From Phycisphaerae bacterium (GTDB lineage: Bacteria > Planctomycetota > Phycisphaerae > Sedimentisphaerales > Anaerobacaceae), in the NCBI GenBank assembly GCA_016782865.1, contig JADHXR010000043.1, positions 14,504 to 46,503 on the forward strand: a stretch of 32,000 nt of DNA. Direction: 5' to 3'. Both the position numbers and the translations under genes were made by a program. Every line of letters starts with the position of its first letter. The first letter of the stretch is position 1. Below, piece after piece: positions 1-10,099 of this stretch. The notes below the pieces were generated by a model. The model made no database searches, was not told the DNA's origin, and was given only the letters and a program-made list of their open reading frames with translations.

Positions 1-2
1 TG

Positions 3-581
3 GGCCTTGAAGATTGCTCACAGCTTGAGAAGGCACTGGAACAGCTTGAAACATTTAACTGGTTGATATTCACAAGCGCCAACGGAGCGAAGTATTTCTT
101 CGACCGGCTGAAATGCAAAGGCCTCGATGCCAGAGCGATTGCGTCAATGAAGGTCGCTGCGATTGGCAAGACCACTGCCAAAAGACTTACCGCCTTCGGC
201 ATTGTCGCCGACCTGGTGCCGGAGAGAGAATCGAGCGCGGGCCTGCTCGAAGAATTCGGCGCGCTTGACATGATGAACAAGAAAGTGCTGTTGCCCCAGG
301 CAAGAGTTGCCTCTGAAGAGTTGCCCGAGGGCCTGGCTGGGCTCGGCGCGGTGGTTGAAGAGATCGCAGTATACGAAACCGTCGAGATTGAGCCGGCGGA
401 TGTCGACCTCGAACATATCGACAAGATCCTGTTCACGAGCGGCTCGACAGCGCGGGCCTTCGTAAAGAAGTTCGGCCAGGTGCCGGCACACATCAAAGCT
501 TACTGTCTTGGTGAGCCAACACAAGCGTCTGCGAAAAAGCATGGCATTGAGGCCGAAATTGTGCCGCGCAAGGACGACTGA
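3..581 (+). CDS. hemD: uroporphyrinogen-III synthase (HemD domain), C-terminal part; reading frame is open through the window start so the CDS is 5'-truncated
   Basis: Frame open from base 3 (GLEDCSQLEKALEQLETFNWLIFTSANGAKYFFDRL...); FTSANGAKYFF, VYETVE and ILFTSGSTARAF are typical HemD segments; directly upstream of hemL. Confidence 0.85.
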   Translation, partial: GLEDCSQLEKALEQLETFNWLIFTSANGAKYFFDRLKCKGLDARAIASMKVAAIGKTTAKRLTAFGIVADLVPERESSAGLLEEFGALDMMNKKVLLPQARVASEELPEGLAGLGAVVEEIAVYETVEIEPADVDLEHIDKILFTSGSTARAFVKKFGQVPAHIKAYCLGEPTQASAKKHGIEAEIVPRKDD

Positions 582-630
582 GAAGGGCGTAATGGTGGGG
601 CAAGCCCCACTCTGCTGTGAGGAAAATCAG

Positions 631-1911
631 ATGGCCACATATCGAAAATGTAAGAAGCTGTTTCAGGATGCAACCAAGGTAATACCCGGCGGAGTCAACA
701 GTCCGGTCCGTGCGTTCAAAGCCGTAAACTCGGAGCCAATATTCATCGATAGAGCGAAAGGCGCATACCTGTATGATGCTGACGGCAACAAATACATCGA
801 CTACTGCCTTTCGTGGGGGCCGATGATTCTGGGCCACGCGCGTACTGAGGTCCTCACTCAGGTCAAAAAGGTCATGGCCAAAGGAACAAGCTTCGGCATA
901 CCCACCGAGCTTGAAACACAGCTCGCCGGGATGATTGTCCGGGCGATCGGTTCGGTCGAGAAGGTCCGCCTGGTCAGCTCCGGCACCGAAGCGGTGATGA
1001 CGGCCATTCGCCTGGCGCGCGGATGTACCGGCCGGGACAAGATCATAAAGTTCATCGGCTGCTACCACGGCCACGTCGATTCACTCCTCGTACAGGCAGG
1101 CTCCGGAGCGATGACTCTGGGCTCGCCGAGCAGTCCGGGCGTCCCGAAAGACTTCACGAAACACACCATCCTCCTGCCCTACAACAACACGGAGATGCTC
1201 GCCAGGGCGATGAACAAGTATCAAGACCGGATAGCTGCGGTCATAGTCGAGCCGATTGCCGGGAACATGGGAGTCGTGCCGCCCAGAGAAGGTTTCTTGA
1301 AGACCATAAGGAAATTATGCACCGGCAGCGGCAGCGTACTGATCTTTGACGAAGTGATTACGGGCTTTCGAGTCAAGTACGGAAGCGTCCAGGACATCTT
1401 CGGCGTAAAAGCAGACCTGACGTGCCTGGGCAAGATAATCGGGGGCGGATTTCCAATAGGAGCCTGTGGTGGAAGAGCCAAACTGATGAACAAGTTAGCC
1501 CCAACCGGTCAGGTCTATCAGGCCGGAACCCTTTCAGGAAACCCCGTCTGCGTCGCCGCGGGCATCGCTACACTGAAATTGCTCAAATCGAAAGCCATAT
1601 ACTCCGGCCTCGATCGTGCGACCGGCAAGCTCTGTGACGGCATCGGCCAAGCCTTAACAGAGCGGGGCACCGAGCATACCATAAACCGTATTGGCTCGAT
1701 GTTCACCCTGTTCTTCAATGCGGGTCCTGTGACCGACTATGTCTCAGCGGCCAGATCGGACACCAAGATGTACGCAAAGTTCCATCCCGCGATGCTGAGA
1801 GAGGGTGTTTACCTGCCGCCATCTCAATTTGAAGCTTGCTTCCTCTCGGCCAGGCACACGCAGAAAGACATTGACAGAACGATCATCGCCGCCCGAAGAG
1901 CCAAATTGTAG
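631..1911 (+). CDS. hemL: glutamate-1-semialdehyde 2,1-aminomutase
   Basis: ATG at 631 (MATYRKCKKLFQDATKVIPGGVNSPVRAF); PLP motifs SSGTEAVMTAIRLARG, IVEPIAGNMG, LIFDEVITGFRV, CLGKIIGGGFPIGA. Confidence 0.97.
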   Translation: MATYRKCKKLFQDATKVIPGGVNSPVRAFKAVNSEPIFIDRAKGAYLYDADGNKYIDYCLSWGPMILGHARTEVLTQVKKVMAKGTSFGIPTELETQLAGMIVRAIGSVEKVRLVSSGTEAVMTAIRLARGCTGRDKIIKFIGCYHGHVDSLLVQAGSGAMTLGSPSSPGVPKDFTKHTILLPYNNTEMLARAMNKYQDRIAAVIVEPIAGNMGVVPPREGFLKTIRKLCTGSGSVLIFDEVITGFRVKYGSVQDIFGVKADLTCLGKIIGGGFPIGACGGRAKLMNKLAPTGQVYQAGTLSGNPVCVAAGIATLKLLKSKAIYSGLDRATGKLCDGIGQALTERGTEHTINRIGSMFTLFFNAGPVTDYVSAARSDTKMYAKFHPAMLREGVYLPPSQFEACFLSARHTQKDIDRTIIAARRAKL

Positions 1912-1976
1912 CGCTCTTGGCTCGCCCACAGGCGGTCAGTCAACATATGAGACTTTGCAAAGGGGGTCTTGATGCC

Positions 1977-2477
1977 CTACAGAATTGTCGCGTGCGAGGC
2001 GGCCGACGTTGAATTGTGTTTCTTCTCCGGGCCGGCAAGCGACATGGGCAGGCTCAAAAACCGATGCTCAGGGTGGCTCCAGGCGGCGGCGGCCACTGAG
2101 GTATCCTCAAGCTCTTTCTTGATTTGCCTTGTAGCATGCGTCCAGATAGAGAAAATGCGACAATTCTCCGGAGTGCCACCACATTCACAGTGTCTCAAGA
2201 AGCAATCGTCGAATAACGGCCCGCCTTTGACAGCCTCGAACAGCTCAAGCAGGGTGATCTGCTCCGGCGGCCGGGCAAAAACATATCCTCTTTTCCTGCC
2301 CCTGATCGCCTTGACAAAGCGTGCCTTGGCAAGCTGCTGAAATATCTTGGCAAGATAGTCGGACGGTATCCCCTCGGCCTTGGCGACCGTGACCGCTGTG
2401 ACTGGCAACTGTGTGCTGTGTCTTACCATATACATTAATGCATGCAACGCATAACCGGCAGACTTTGTAACTTTCAT
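1977..2477 (-). CDS. Rrf2-family transcriptional regulator with a C-terminal cysteine cluster
   Basis: MKVTKSAGYALHALMYMVRH... wHTH, IPSDYLAKIFQQLAKARFVKAIRGRKRGY, then cysteine cluster CFLRHCECGGTPENC. Confidence 0.88.
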   Translation of the reverse strand: MKVTKSAGYALHALMYMVRHSTQLPVTAVTVAKAEGIPSDYLAKIFQQLAKARFVKAIRGRKRGYVFARPPEQITLLELFEAVKGGPLFDDCFLRHCECGGTPENCRIFSIWTHATRQIKKELEDTSVAAAAWSHPEHRFLSLPMSLAGPEKKHNSTSAASHATIL

Positions 2478-2966
2478 ATTCTTCTGTCTCCAAAATCCCC
2501 GACCCAACTTGTCAGGTACGAACCGCGGGTTCTTCCCTGAACTGGCAACGCATCTGCACTACTGATCTGCTATACTTGGAATCCCACACGTATGTGGACG
2601 CATGCCAATATCACTGAAGAGATTTGTGTGCAACTGGCGTGCCGGAGTCGGATCAGAGGCTCGGAAATAACGGATATCCCGAATATCTGCTCCAAAACGG
2701 CGTTTTGAGAGGAAATGGGCAAGTAGAGTTTGCCACTATTGGGACTATGAGGCGCATATCCTTCCCATATGTGGCACTTAGAAGGCTCAAGGTTCTCATT
2801 GCCAGGAAAATGCGTGGGGTCTAATTTCTCGCCTTTGGCTATCGGCCCAGTGTACGGCAACTCGACCTCGAGTTCCTATGACCGACGCTGGAGCGATCAC
2901 TGCGTTTTCAGTTACCGAGGTTGTCGATCAAGGATCATCAATTCACCCGGGCGATCCGCCCTGAGG

Positions 2967-4349
2967 CTACTGGTTGTTTGCCTTCGAGCGTTTGGGCTTG
3001 CGAGAATCGATTTCGAGTTCGTCAATTTTGCGATACAGACTTGACAATCCGACGTTCAAGGCCTTGGCCGCGTCGACCTTATTCCAGTCGTGCTTGCTCA
3101 GCACCCGGCGGATGTACTCCTTCTCGTATGCTTTGGCGGCTGTTTGAAGAGTCTCGTCTTCTTTGCTCAATCCCATCGCGTGGGAGCCCAACAGCCCGAT
3201 GTCGGATATTTTTATCACGTCATCTTCGGCAAATATGCTCGCTCGCTCGATCACGTTCTCCAGCTCTCTGATGTTGCCTTTCCAATCATAACTCATGAAC
3301 AGCCGCATGACCGCATCACTGACCCCAACGCACGTTTTGCCCATCTCGGAATTGAATTGCTTAATGAAATGTTCGACCAGCAGGGGGATATCTTCCTTCC
3401 TCTCACACAGCTCAGGCAAATGGATGCCGACAACGTTCATCCTGTAATATAGATCTTCTCGAAACCGTCCGGCTTTGATCTCTTTCGGCAAATCCTTGTT
3501 TGTAGCCGCCATCAGGCGCAGATCGATGTCGATAGGTTGTGTCGAGCCGACCGGTATTATCTGCCTCTGCTCGACCGCCCGCAGGAGTTTGACCTGACAA
3601 CTCATGGGCATGTGGCCTATTTCGTCCAGGAACAGCGTGCCACCGCAGGCACTCTTGAAAAGTCCTTCCTTGTCCCGAATGGCGGAAGTGAAACTGCCCT
3701 TCTTATGCCCGAACAGTTCGCTCTCGAGCAGACCCTCGGGTATCGCACTACAGTTGACTGCCAAAAAATGCCTGCTGTATTGAGCCGCCAACGAGTGTAT
3801 GGCGCGAGCGACCAATTCTTTACCCGTGCCGCTCTTGCCTGTTATCAACACGTTGCTCTTGGTCGGGGCCACCTTGCGAATCATCTCAAAAACGTTTTGC
3901 ATCGCGGGAGACTTGCCTATGATCTGGCTGATGTCGAACCGCCGGGTCAGCTCCTGCTTGAGCTTCTTGTTTTCTTCCTGCAGGTCGAGATACTTCATGT
4001 TCTGGCGGATCTTCGTCAATACGTCATCCATCACGACAGGCTTCATCACATAATCGCAAGCACCGAGCTTTATCGCCTCGACGGCCATCTCCACCGTTCC
4101 GTAAGCCGTTACCATTATTACGCGCGTCTCAGGTCTTATGCGCATTATCTCGCGCAGGACTTTTATGCCGTCGGCTCCCGGCATTCGGATGTCCAGGACG
4201 ACAACGCCGAAGGGCTGTTTTGTGACGGCGTCCAACGCATCGGTTCCGTTACCTACCACTGTGACCGATATATCTTCTTCCCGAAGAACCTTTGCGAACG
4301 TTTCTCTGAAGGTTACTTCATCGTCTGCCAACAACACTTCTCTGTTCAT
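2967..4349 (-). CDS. NtrC-type sigma54-dependent response regulator (receiver - AAA+ - Fis HTH)
   Basis: Receiver EVLLADDEVTFRE..VVVLDIRMPGADG; Walker A GKSGTGKE; GGTLFLDEIGHMP; C-terminal HTH DAAKALNVGLSSLYRKIDEL. Start overlaps the stop of the upstream kinase gene (ATGA, 4346-4349). Confidence 0.93.
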   Translation of the reverse strand: MNREVLLADDEVTFRETFAKVLREEDISVTVVGNGTDALDAVTKQPFGVVVLDIRMPGADGIKVLREIMRIRPETRVIMVTAYGTVEMAVEAIKLGACDYVMKPVVMDDVLTKIRQNMKYLDLQEENKKLKQELTRRFDISQIIGKSPAMQNVFEMIRKVAPTKSNVLITGKSGTGKELVARAIHSLAAQYSRHFLAVNCSAIPEGLLESELFGHKKGSFTSAIRDKEGLFKSACGGTLFLDEIGHMPMSCQVKLLRAVEQRQIIPVGSTQPIDIDLRLMAATNKDLPKEIKAGRFREDLYYRMNVVGIHLPELCERKEDIPLLVEHFIKQFNSEMGKTCVGVSDAVMRLFMSYDWKGNIRELENVIERASIFAEDDVIKISDIGLLGSHAMGLSKEDETLQTAAKAYEKEYIRRVLSKHDWNKVDAAKALNVGLSSLYRKIDELEIDSRKPKRSKANNQ

Positions 4350-6145
4350 TCGTCATCTCCTGCAATCAGGTTCTTCCTGGGCCTGAGGGGAATTCGGATT
4401 ATTACCGTAGTGCCTCTGCCAAGTTCCGACTCCAGTTCGATCGTACCGTCGGCCTCCCTGACAAGATTGTAGCTTATGAAGAGTCCCAGGCCCGTTCCCT
4501 TTCCAATCTCCTTGGTCGTGAAGAATGACTCGAAGGCGCGTTTGCAGACCTCGGACTTCATCCCGATCCCCGTATCACTGATTCGAATCTCGACCACATC
4601 GTTCCTGCATTTCGTTGTTATCTTGAGATTGTGCTTTTGTTCCTGGTCCTTGGCGTTCATCGCATCCAGAGCGTTAATAAAGATGTTGAGAAAAACCTGC
4701 TCGAGGTGCTGCGGGTTCAGCCACATCATAGGCAAGTCGGTCCCGGCGCGGTTCTCGACGGTGACCGACTGTGCACGTCTGTCAAAGTTAATGAGCGACA
4801 GGGTGTTGTCTATCAATGAGTTGACGTCCGTCCATTTATACTCGCTCGTAGCCGGCCTAGACAAACCCAGCATTCGCTTGAGGATGGTCGAAATGCGGTC
4901 AACGTGGTATTGTATGATCAACAACTGTTCCTTCTGATCAGAGGCCGTGATTTTCCGGGCCAGGTACTGCGCAACCGACGAAATGCTTGCCAGAGGATTA
5001 CCTATCTCATGCGCGATGCCCGTCGCCATTTGACCGATCGCAACCATCTTCTCCCGCTGGGCCATCTCCACTCGTGACATCTTCAGCATCTCGTTGATTT
5101 CAGTCACTTCTTCGGTTCGCTCGAGCAGATCTTTCGCCAGCTTCCTGTGCTCGGTTAAGTCCTGGCCCACAATCACACATCCCAACCTTTGTCCGTCAAT
5201 GCCCACCACGGGGCCGCTCTTGACCTCAATATGACGCCGATCCGGAGCATCGGTGTTGAATTCAATTCTCTCAGTCCAGCTCGCTGCCCTGTCTGCATCG
5301 CTCAAAAGAACCTTCATGTGCCCTGCCAAAGGGGACAGAAAATCGTCGATCGAAGTGTCCTTCAGACTGGTATTACCGTTCCTTTTCCACAGCGTCGCAG
5401 CGGGGTTGCAGATCGCCACCCTGGCGTCGGAGTTGATAAATATCAGTCCTTCCGCCATCGCGCTGATGACGGCCTGAAGCACGTCGTTGTTTCGCGCCGC
5501 TTCCAACTCCTTAGCCGTCATCCGGGCGATGACCACCCTGGTCAAATGTTGGACCAGCACCACAGTGCAGACGAACGCCGTAAAAGCACCAAGCACGTAT
5601 ACCCGATTCCTCCACAATCCGCCGACTGCAGAAAACTTCAGCGGATAGTACCCCAACCAGGTGCCGCCGTTGAGCTCACTGGCGGCGAGCAGACCAAACA
5701 ACAGTATGGCGGTCAGCCCCGCGGCGTGGGACATGCTCTTTGGAAGAATAATTGTCGCTATGATTATGGGAATGACATAGAGCAGAAAGAATGGATTGGC
5801 TGCTCCACCAGAGAAGTGCAGCACTGCTGTGAGCAGGACAAGATCCGTCTCAACCTGAATCATCGCAAGTGCAATGTCTCTGCGGCTGGACCGGCTAACC
5901 TGCCTTGTGGCGGCAACGAGGTACAGGATGTTCGAGAGCAAGAGCAACGCGGCACAGACATAGATCGGTGTGGCATCCGTGAGCACGGGAAAGACGTAAG
6001 TTCCCATCAGACAGGCAACTATGATGCTCCCGACGGCAATCCACCGCAGCCGTATAAGCCAGAGTATCTGCTCCGCGAGAGCCTCGCGAGTACACCGGCT
6101 CGGCTTGTCCATTAGATCACTTGCAGTATCTGACTTAATACCCAT
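4346..6145 (-). CDS. membrane histidine kinase: multi-TM N-terminus with RegB-like GGxxNPF motif, PAS, HisKA, HATPase_c
   Basis: HFSGGAANPFFLLYVIPI in the TM region; PAS AVISAMAEGLIFIN; H-box VAIGQMATGIAHEIGNPLASI; N/G boxes QVFLNIFINALDAM, GTGLGLFISYNLV. Confidence 0.92.
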   Translation of the reverse strand: MGIKSDTASDLMDKPSRCTREALAEQILWLIRLRWIAVGSIIVACLMGTYVFPVLTDATPIYVCAALLLLSNILYLVAATRQVSRSSRRDIALAMIQVETDLVLLTAVLHFSGGAANPFFLLYVIPIIIATIILPKSMSHAAGLTAILLFGLLAASELNGGTWLGYYPLKFSAVGGLWRNRVYVLGAFTAFVCTVVLVQHLTRVVIARMTAKELEAARNNDVLQAVISAMAEGLIFINSDARVAICNPAATLWKRNGNTSLKDTSIDDFLSPLAGHMKVLLSDADRAASWTERIEFNTDAPDRRHIEVKSGPVVGIDGQRLGCVIVGQDLTEHRKLAKDLLERTEEVTEINEMLKMSRVEMAQREKMVAIGQMATGIAHEIGNPLASISSVAQYLARKITASDQKEQLLIIQYHVDRISTILKRMLGLSRPATSEYKWTDVNSLIDNTLSLINFDRRAQSVTVENRAGTDLPMMWLNPQHLEQVFLNIFINALDAMNAKDQEQKHNLKITTKCRNDVVEIRISDTGIGMKSEVCKRAFESFFTTKEIGKGTGLGLFISYNLVREADGTIELESELGRGTTVIIRIPLRPRKNLIAGDDE

Positions 6146-6395
6146 GAACCTTTCTTGCCCTTGACTGCACGATGCCCCGCGCTCCGTAGATCTTCAAGGT
6201 TTGTGATTTACAAACGATCCTTGCCTGAGACGACAGAGATTGTACCTCAATTCCAGCAGGAAGGCAAGAGAAAATTCTCACTTTTGAGACGTCTTTTGGT
6301 GCACGTCGCTCAGAATTGGTCCCTGAATCTCCAAAATCCAAGAAATTCCCCATCCTGTTCGGCACAGGGATTGCATTGTGCTTTAAGGCGTCAGA

Positions 6396-7643
6396 TCATT
6401 CCGGCATTTGGAAGACTTCTCCGCAGCGCTCCAGTTCCGCCTTCTTTTCCTCGTCCAGGCCTATTTCACTGTCAGTCAAATAGCATCCCGGATCCGGAGC
6501 CCAGGAGTCGCCAAAATGCAGGTCCGCGCGGACCCGCAAAGCTCCGCCACAGCCGTCAAAGAACCTGCAAAGTCTGCATCTTCCCTTGACATAATTGCGG
6601 CGGTCCTTCAAGCCACGCATGAGCGGATCACCTGTATCGATCCAAATCTCGCCGAAAGGTCTCTTGCGGATGTCGCCGAGGTCGTAATGCCACCAGAACT
6701 GATCGGCATGCACCTTCCCATGAAAATCTATGCAACCGATTCCCACTCCGCTGCTGTACATGCCCCCGCCGTTCCAGCTCAGCAGCTTCCAGACCTCCTC
6801 TGCACGTGCCGGATCCTCCTGCTTCAATTTCAGATACAAGTATATGCCGTCAACATGGTTGTCGACCGTCAGTATGTCGGTAGTCTTGCCCGCTTGCTTG
6901 TACTGTCTCGTCTTGGCCAAGATCATATCGACGGCCTCCCTGCTCTGAGCGTGAGTAAGGTCTTCGGCGGCCATCTTCCCGCCTCTGCCGCTCGGGACGA
7001 AATGATAGAAGCAGGCCCGCTCGATGTTCTCGCTCTCGAAAAAACCGAACAGACTCTCCAGATCCTGGACGTTCTTCCTGGTCAAAGTCAATCGCAGGCC
7101 AATCCGTACGCCGGCGTCCTGACAATTCTTTATTCCCTCTACGGCCTTGTCGAATGCCCCGGATACGCCCCTGAATCTGTCGTTGATCTCGCCGATGCCG
7201 TCAAGGCTTATGCCGACGTATGAAACGCCGTTGTTCTTGATCTTCTTCGCCATCTCGGCCGTGATCAGAGTGCCGTTCGTTGAGATAACGGTGCGCAGGC
7301 CCCGCTGCCCCGCGTATCCGATCAATTCAAACAGGTCAGGCCGTATCAGAGGCTCGCCGCCGGAGAACAGGACCGATGGAACCCCAAACTCCGCCAGACT
7401 ATCCAACACGTTTTTCGCCTCGTCCGTCGAGACCTCATCGCCAGAGCAGGTACCGCTGTCGTTGTAACAGTGCACACATTTGAGATTGCACGCACTGGTT
7501 ATGTTCCACACAACGATGGGGCGTCTCTCGGACGCCTTCTTGGGTACGACTTCACCTTCGCGCTCGCCGGAACCGGTCTTGCCGTAGCGAAGCCAATCGC
7601 CCGGGGTAACTTGATCACAATACAGTTTGCTTATATTGATCAT
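6396..7643 (-). CDS. ahbC: radical SAM protein, 12,18-didecarboxysiroheme deacetylase / Fe-coproporphyrin III synthase (AhbC)
   Basis: N-terminal MINISKLYCDQVTPGDWLRYG, radical-SAM motif CNLKCVHC, C-terminal Cys cluster CRLCRFFDGCGG...PGC; adjacent to hemA/ahbD/ahbB. Confidence 0.87.
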   Translation of the reverse strand: MINISKLYCDQVTPGDWLRYGKTGSGEREGEVVPKKASERRPIVVWNITSACNLKCVHCYNDSGTCSGDEVSTDEAKNVLDSLAEFGVPSVLFSGGEPLIRPDLFELIGYAGQRGLRTVISTNGTLITAEMAKKIKNNGVSYVGISLDGIGEINDRFRGVSGAFDKAVEGIKNCQDAGVRIGLRLTLTRKNVQDLESLFGFFESENIERACFYHFVPSGRGGKMAAEDLTHAQSREAVDMILAKTRQYKQAGKTTDILTVDNHVDGIYLYLKLKQEDPARAEEVWKLLSWNGGGMYSSGVGIGCIDFHGKVHADQFWWHYDLGDIRKRPFGEIWIDTGDPLMRGLKDRRNYVKGRCRLCRFFDGCGGALRVRADLHFGDSWAPDPGCYLTDSEIGLDEEKKAELERCGEVFQMPE

Positions 7644-7679
7644 GGACTAACCTCTAAAATCAAAAAAACGTCACAAGAC

Positions 7680-8786
7680 TCAGCGAGCTGCTTCAGGCGG
7701 CACATACGCACAGAAGGGTTCCTCGGCCATGTAATTGCCCTCTGCGGCATACGCTCTGCCCCTGCATCCACCACATATCTGCCTGTAGCCGCATGCGCCG
7801 CACTTGCCTTCGAGTTCGCTGCCTTCGCGCATCCGCGCGAGGTCTTTGCTGTTGTACCATATATCCGAGAGCTTATCGGCAAGCACGTTGCCGCAGTTCA
7901 CAGGCAGATACCCGCACGGGAATACGTCTCCCTGATGTCCGACAAACAGCACTCCGAGGCCGGCAAGGCAGCCTCTCGATGTTCCTTGGTGCCCGCCGCC
8001 GGGAACCGAGCCACCGGGGTGACCGGCTTTTGCACGAGCCTTGTACAAACCCTGCTGCCTGATCACCCGTTCGTAATGCGGGCCGCAGGTTACCTTCACT
8101 TGCAGTTCGCCTCTACCGTCCAGTTTGCAGATATCGACCATTTTCTGCTCGTACTGCTCGGGTGAAAGCATATCGGTGTCCGCCAGGGATTGGCCGCAAC
8201 CGACGGGCACAAGCATAAATATGTGCACCGCGACCGCACCGAGGGATTTGGCAAGTTCGTAAACATCTTCCAACTGGTGGGCATTATGTTTGGTCATGGT
8301 AATGTTTATCTGAAAAGGCACATTCTTGTTGCGGAGATGCCCTATGCCTTCGATGGCACTTTCAAACGAACCTTCGAGCTTCCGCAGCCTGTTATGGACC
8401 TCAGCGGTCGCTCCATCTAAGCTAATCGAAACCCTTGCGACCCGGCTCTCACTTATCCGCCCGGCGACGGTTTCATCTATCAGCGTTCCATTGGTTGCCA
8501 GCGCGGGGGTAATCCCCGACGATCGGGCTGCGCCGATCAGCTCAAACAAGTCCTCGCGGCAGAGCGGCTCACCACCCGAGAACACCAATACCGGCATCAT
8601 GGGCTGTCCTCTTCCCAGTTCAGCCAACTGCTCGATCAGAGCTTTGGCCTGCGCCGTGGACATATCCCTGTAAGCCTGCTCATCGGATTCTATCCGTCGA
8701 CAATGCGCGCAGCTCAAATTGCACCTTATCGTGCTCTCCCAGAACAAGAGCCTCAGAATCTGTTTTGAACGCATTGGGTCTTTCAC
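7680..8786 (-). CDS. ahbD: radical SAM protein, AhbD-like heme synthase (Fe-coproporphyrin III oxidative decarboxylase)
   Basis: CNLSCAHCRR radical-SAM motif, FSGGEPLCREDLFEL, SPASM-like C-terminus CGACGYRQICGGCRGRAYAAEGNYMAEEPFC; overlaps the hemA stop by ATGA. Confidence 0.87.
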   Translation of the reverse strand: MKDPMRSKQILRLLFWESTIRCNLSCAHCRRIESDEQAYRDMSTAQAKALIEQLAELGRGQPMMPVLVFSGGEPLCREDLFELIGAARSSGITPALATNGTLIDETVAGRISESRVARVSISLDGATAEVHNRLRKLEGSFESAIEGIGHLRNKNVPFQINITMTKHNAHQLEDVYELAKSLGAVAVHIFMLVPVGCGQSLADTDMLSPEQYEQKMVDICKLDGRGELQVKVTCGPHYERVIRQQGLYKARAKAGHPGGSVPGGGHQGTSRGCLAGLGVLFVGHQGDVFPCGYLPVNCGNVLADKLSDIWYNSKDLARMREGSELEGKCGACGYRQICGGCRGRAYAAEGNYMAEEPFCAYVPPEAAR

Positions 8787-10090
8787 GACTGCGCGCCCTC
8801 CTTATCATCCGGATCGGATATTATTTCTTCGGCCTCTCTTACAATTGTGTCCACCAGCTTTGCGGCCTCGGTCGCGCCGTTCTCCTTGGCCACGACGTTG
8901 ACATTCTTGATCACGCAATGCAGCAGTTTGTTGACAACCCGGTTTACCATTTCCTCCATTACCTCCTTACAGGAGGCCTCCTCCCTGACCCCGACAAAGA
9001 ATCGCTCCATCTCGTTTCTGCCGATCTGCGCGAATTGCTCCTTCATCCGGCCAATCAAGGGCCCTACGTCCTTGGCCCCGAACCATTCCATAAACTCGGT
9101 GACATTCTCGAGGACAATCTCCATCCCCCTGGCCATGTCCCGCTCGCGGGCCTTGCGGTTCTGCTCGACCGCCGCTGACAGATCGTCGACGCTGTACAGA
9201 TAGAGCCCGTCCAGCTCGTTGACCGCAGGCTCGAAATTCCGCGGCACGGCAATATCGACAATCAGCAGCGTCCCTTCCTTGCGCCGGGCCATTATCTGTT
9301 TGAACGAATCTTTCCTGAATAGATAATCCTGTACGGAAGCCGAAGCTATCGCGATATTCGCCCCGATCAACTGCTCGTCGAGCTGCTCCCACTTGCGAGC
9401 CGCAATCCCGTACTGACCGGCCACTTTCAAGCCGCGATCGTAAGATCGGTTAACAACCGTGATGTTCCGCGCGCCCACCTGGAGCAAATGCTGGATGATC
9501 AACTGGCCCATATCACCGGCGCCGATGACAACGACTCTCGCCGAAGACATATCTGCAAACAACTGCATGGCCAGTTCGACCGCAACGCCGGCAACGCTCA
9601 CCCGGCCATCGGCGATGGAGGTAGTCGTATATACCTTCTTGCTCGAAGCAAACGCGCTGTGAAACAGGCGATTCAGGACTTTACCCGTGGTTTTTGCCGC
9701 ACAGGCGAGTTTGTAGCTGTCCTTGACCTGTCCGACTATCTGCGCCTCGCCGACCACGAGGCTGTCCAGGCTTGATGCGACCGACAGCAGATGCCGAACC
9801 GCCTCTTCGTTTTCGTGGGCGTACAGGAACTCTCGAAACTTGCCCAGCTCAACACCGTGAAACTCCGAGAGAAAACCGGCGAGCCTTTCAGGATCGGCGC
9901 CCTGACAGTGTTTTCCCGCGCAATACAGCTCGACGCGGTTGCACGTCGATATCAGTACGAACTCAGCCTGCGCGAACCTCCTTTTCAGTTCGCAAAGCGC
10001 CCTGCTTGTCTGGGCGCTGTCAAAGGCAAGCTTCTCACGAATCTCCACCGGAGCAGTTTTGTGGTTGAGTCCTAATACTACGATCTTCAT
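8783..10090 (-). CDS. hemA: glutamyl-tRNA reductase
   Basis: MKIVVLGLNHKTAPVEIREKLAF; LISTCNRVELY; EAQIVGQVKDSY; VIGAGDMGQL; SFASSKKVYTTT. Confidence 0.97.
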   Translation of the reverse strand: MKIVVLGLNHKTAPVEIREKLAFDSAQTSRALCELKRRFAQAEFVLISTCNRVELYCAGKHCQGADPERLAGFLSEFHGVELGKFREFLYAHENEEAVRHLLSVASSLDSLVVGEAQIVGQVKDSYKLACAAKTTGKVLNRLFHSAFASSKKVYTTTSIADGRVSVAGVAVELAMQLFADMSSARVVVIGAGDMGQLIIQHLLQVGARNITVVNRSYDRGLKVAGQYGIAARKWEQLDEQLIGANIAIASASVQDYLFRKDSFKQIMARRKEGTLLIVDIAVPRNFEPAVNELDGLYLYSVDDLSAAVEQNRKARERDMARGMEIVLENVTEFMEWFGAKDVGPLIGRMKEQFAQIGRNEMERFFVGVREEASCKEVMEEMVNRVVNKLLHCVIKNVNVVAKENGATEAAKLVDTIVREAEEIISDPDDKEGAQS

Positions 10091-10099
10091 GTCTTGGTC

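Noticed and set aside
3537-6115. ORFs 3537-4472 and 5189-6115 on + strand
   Set aside because: Antisense shadows of the response regulator and histidine kinase genes, which have strong domain evidence.
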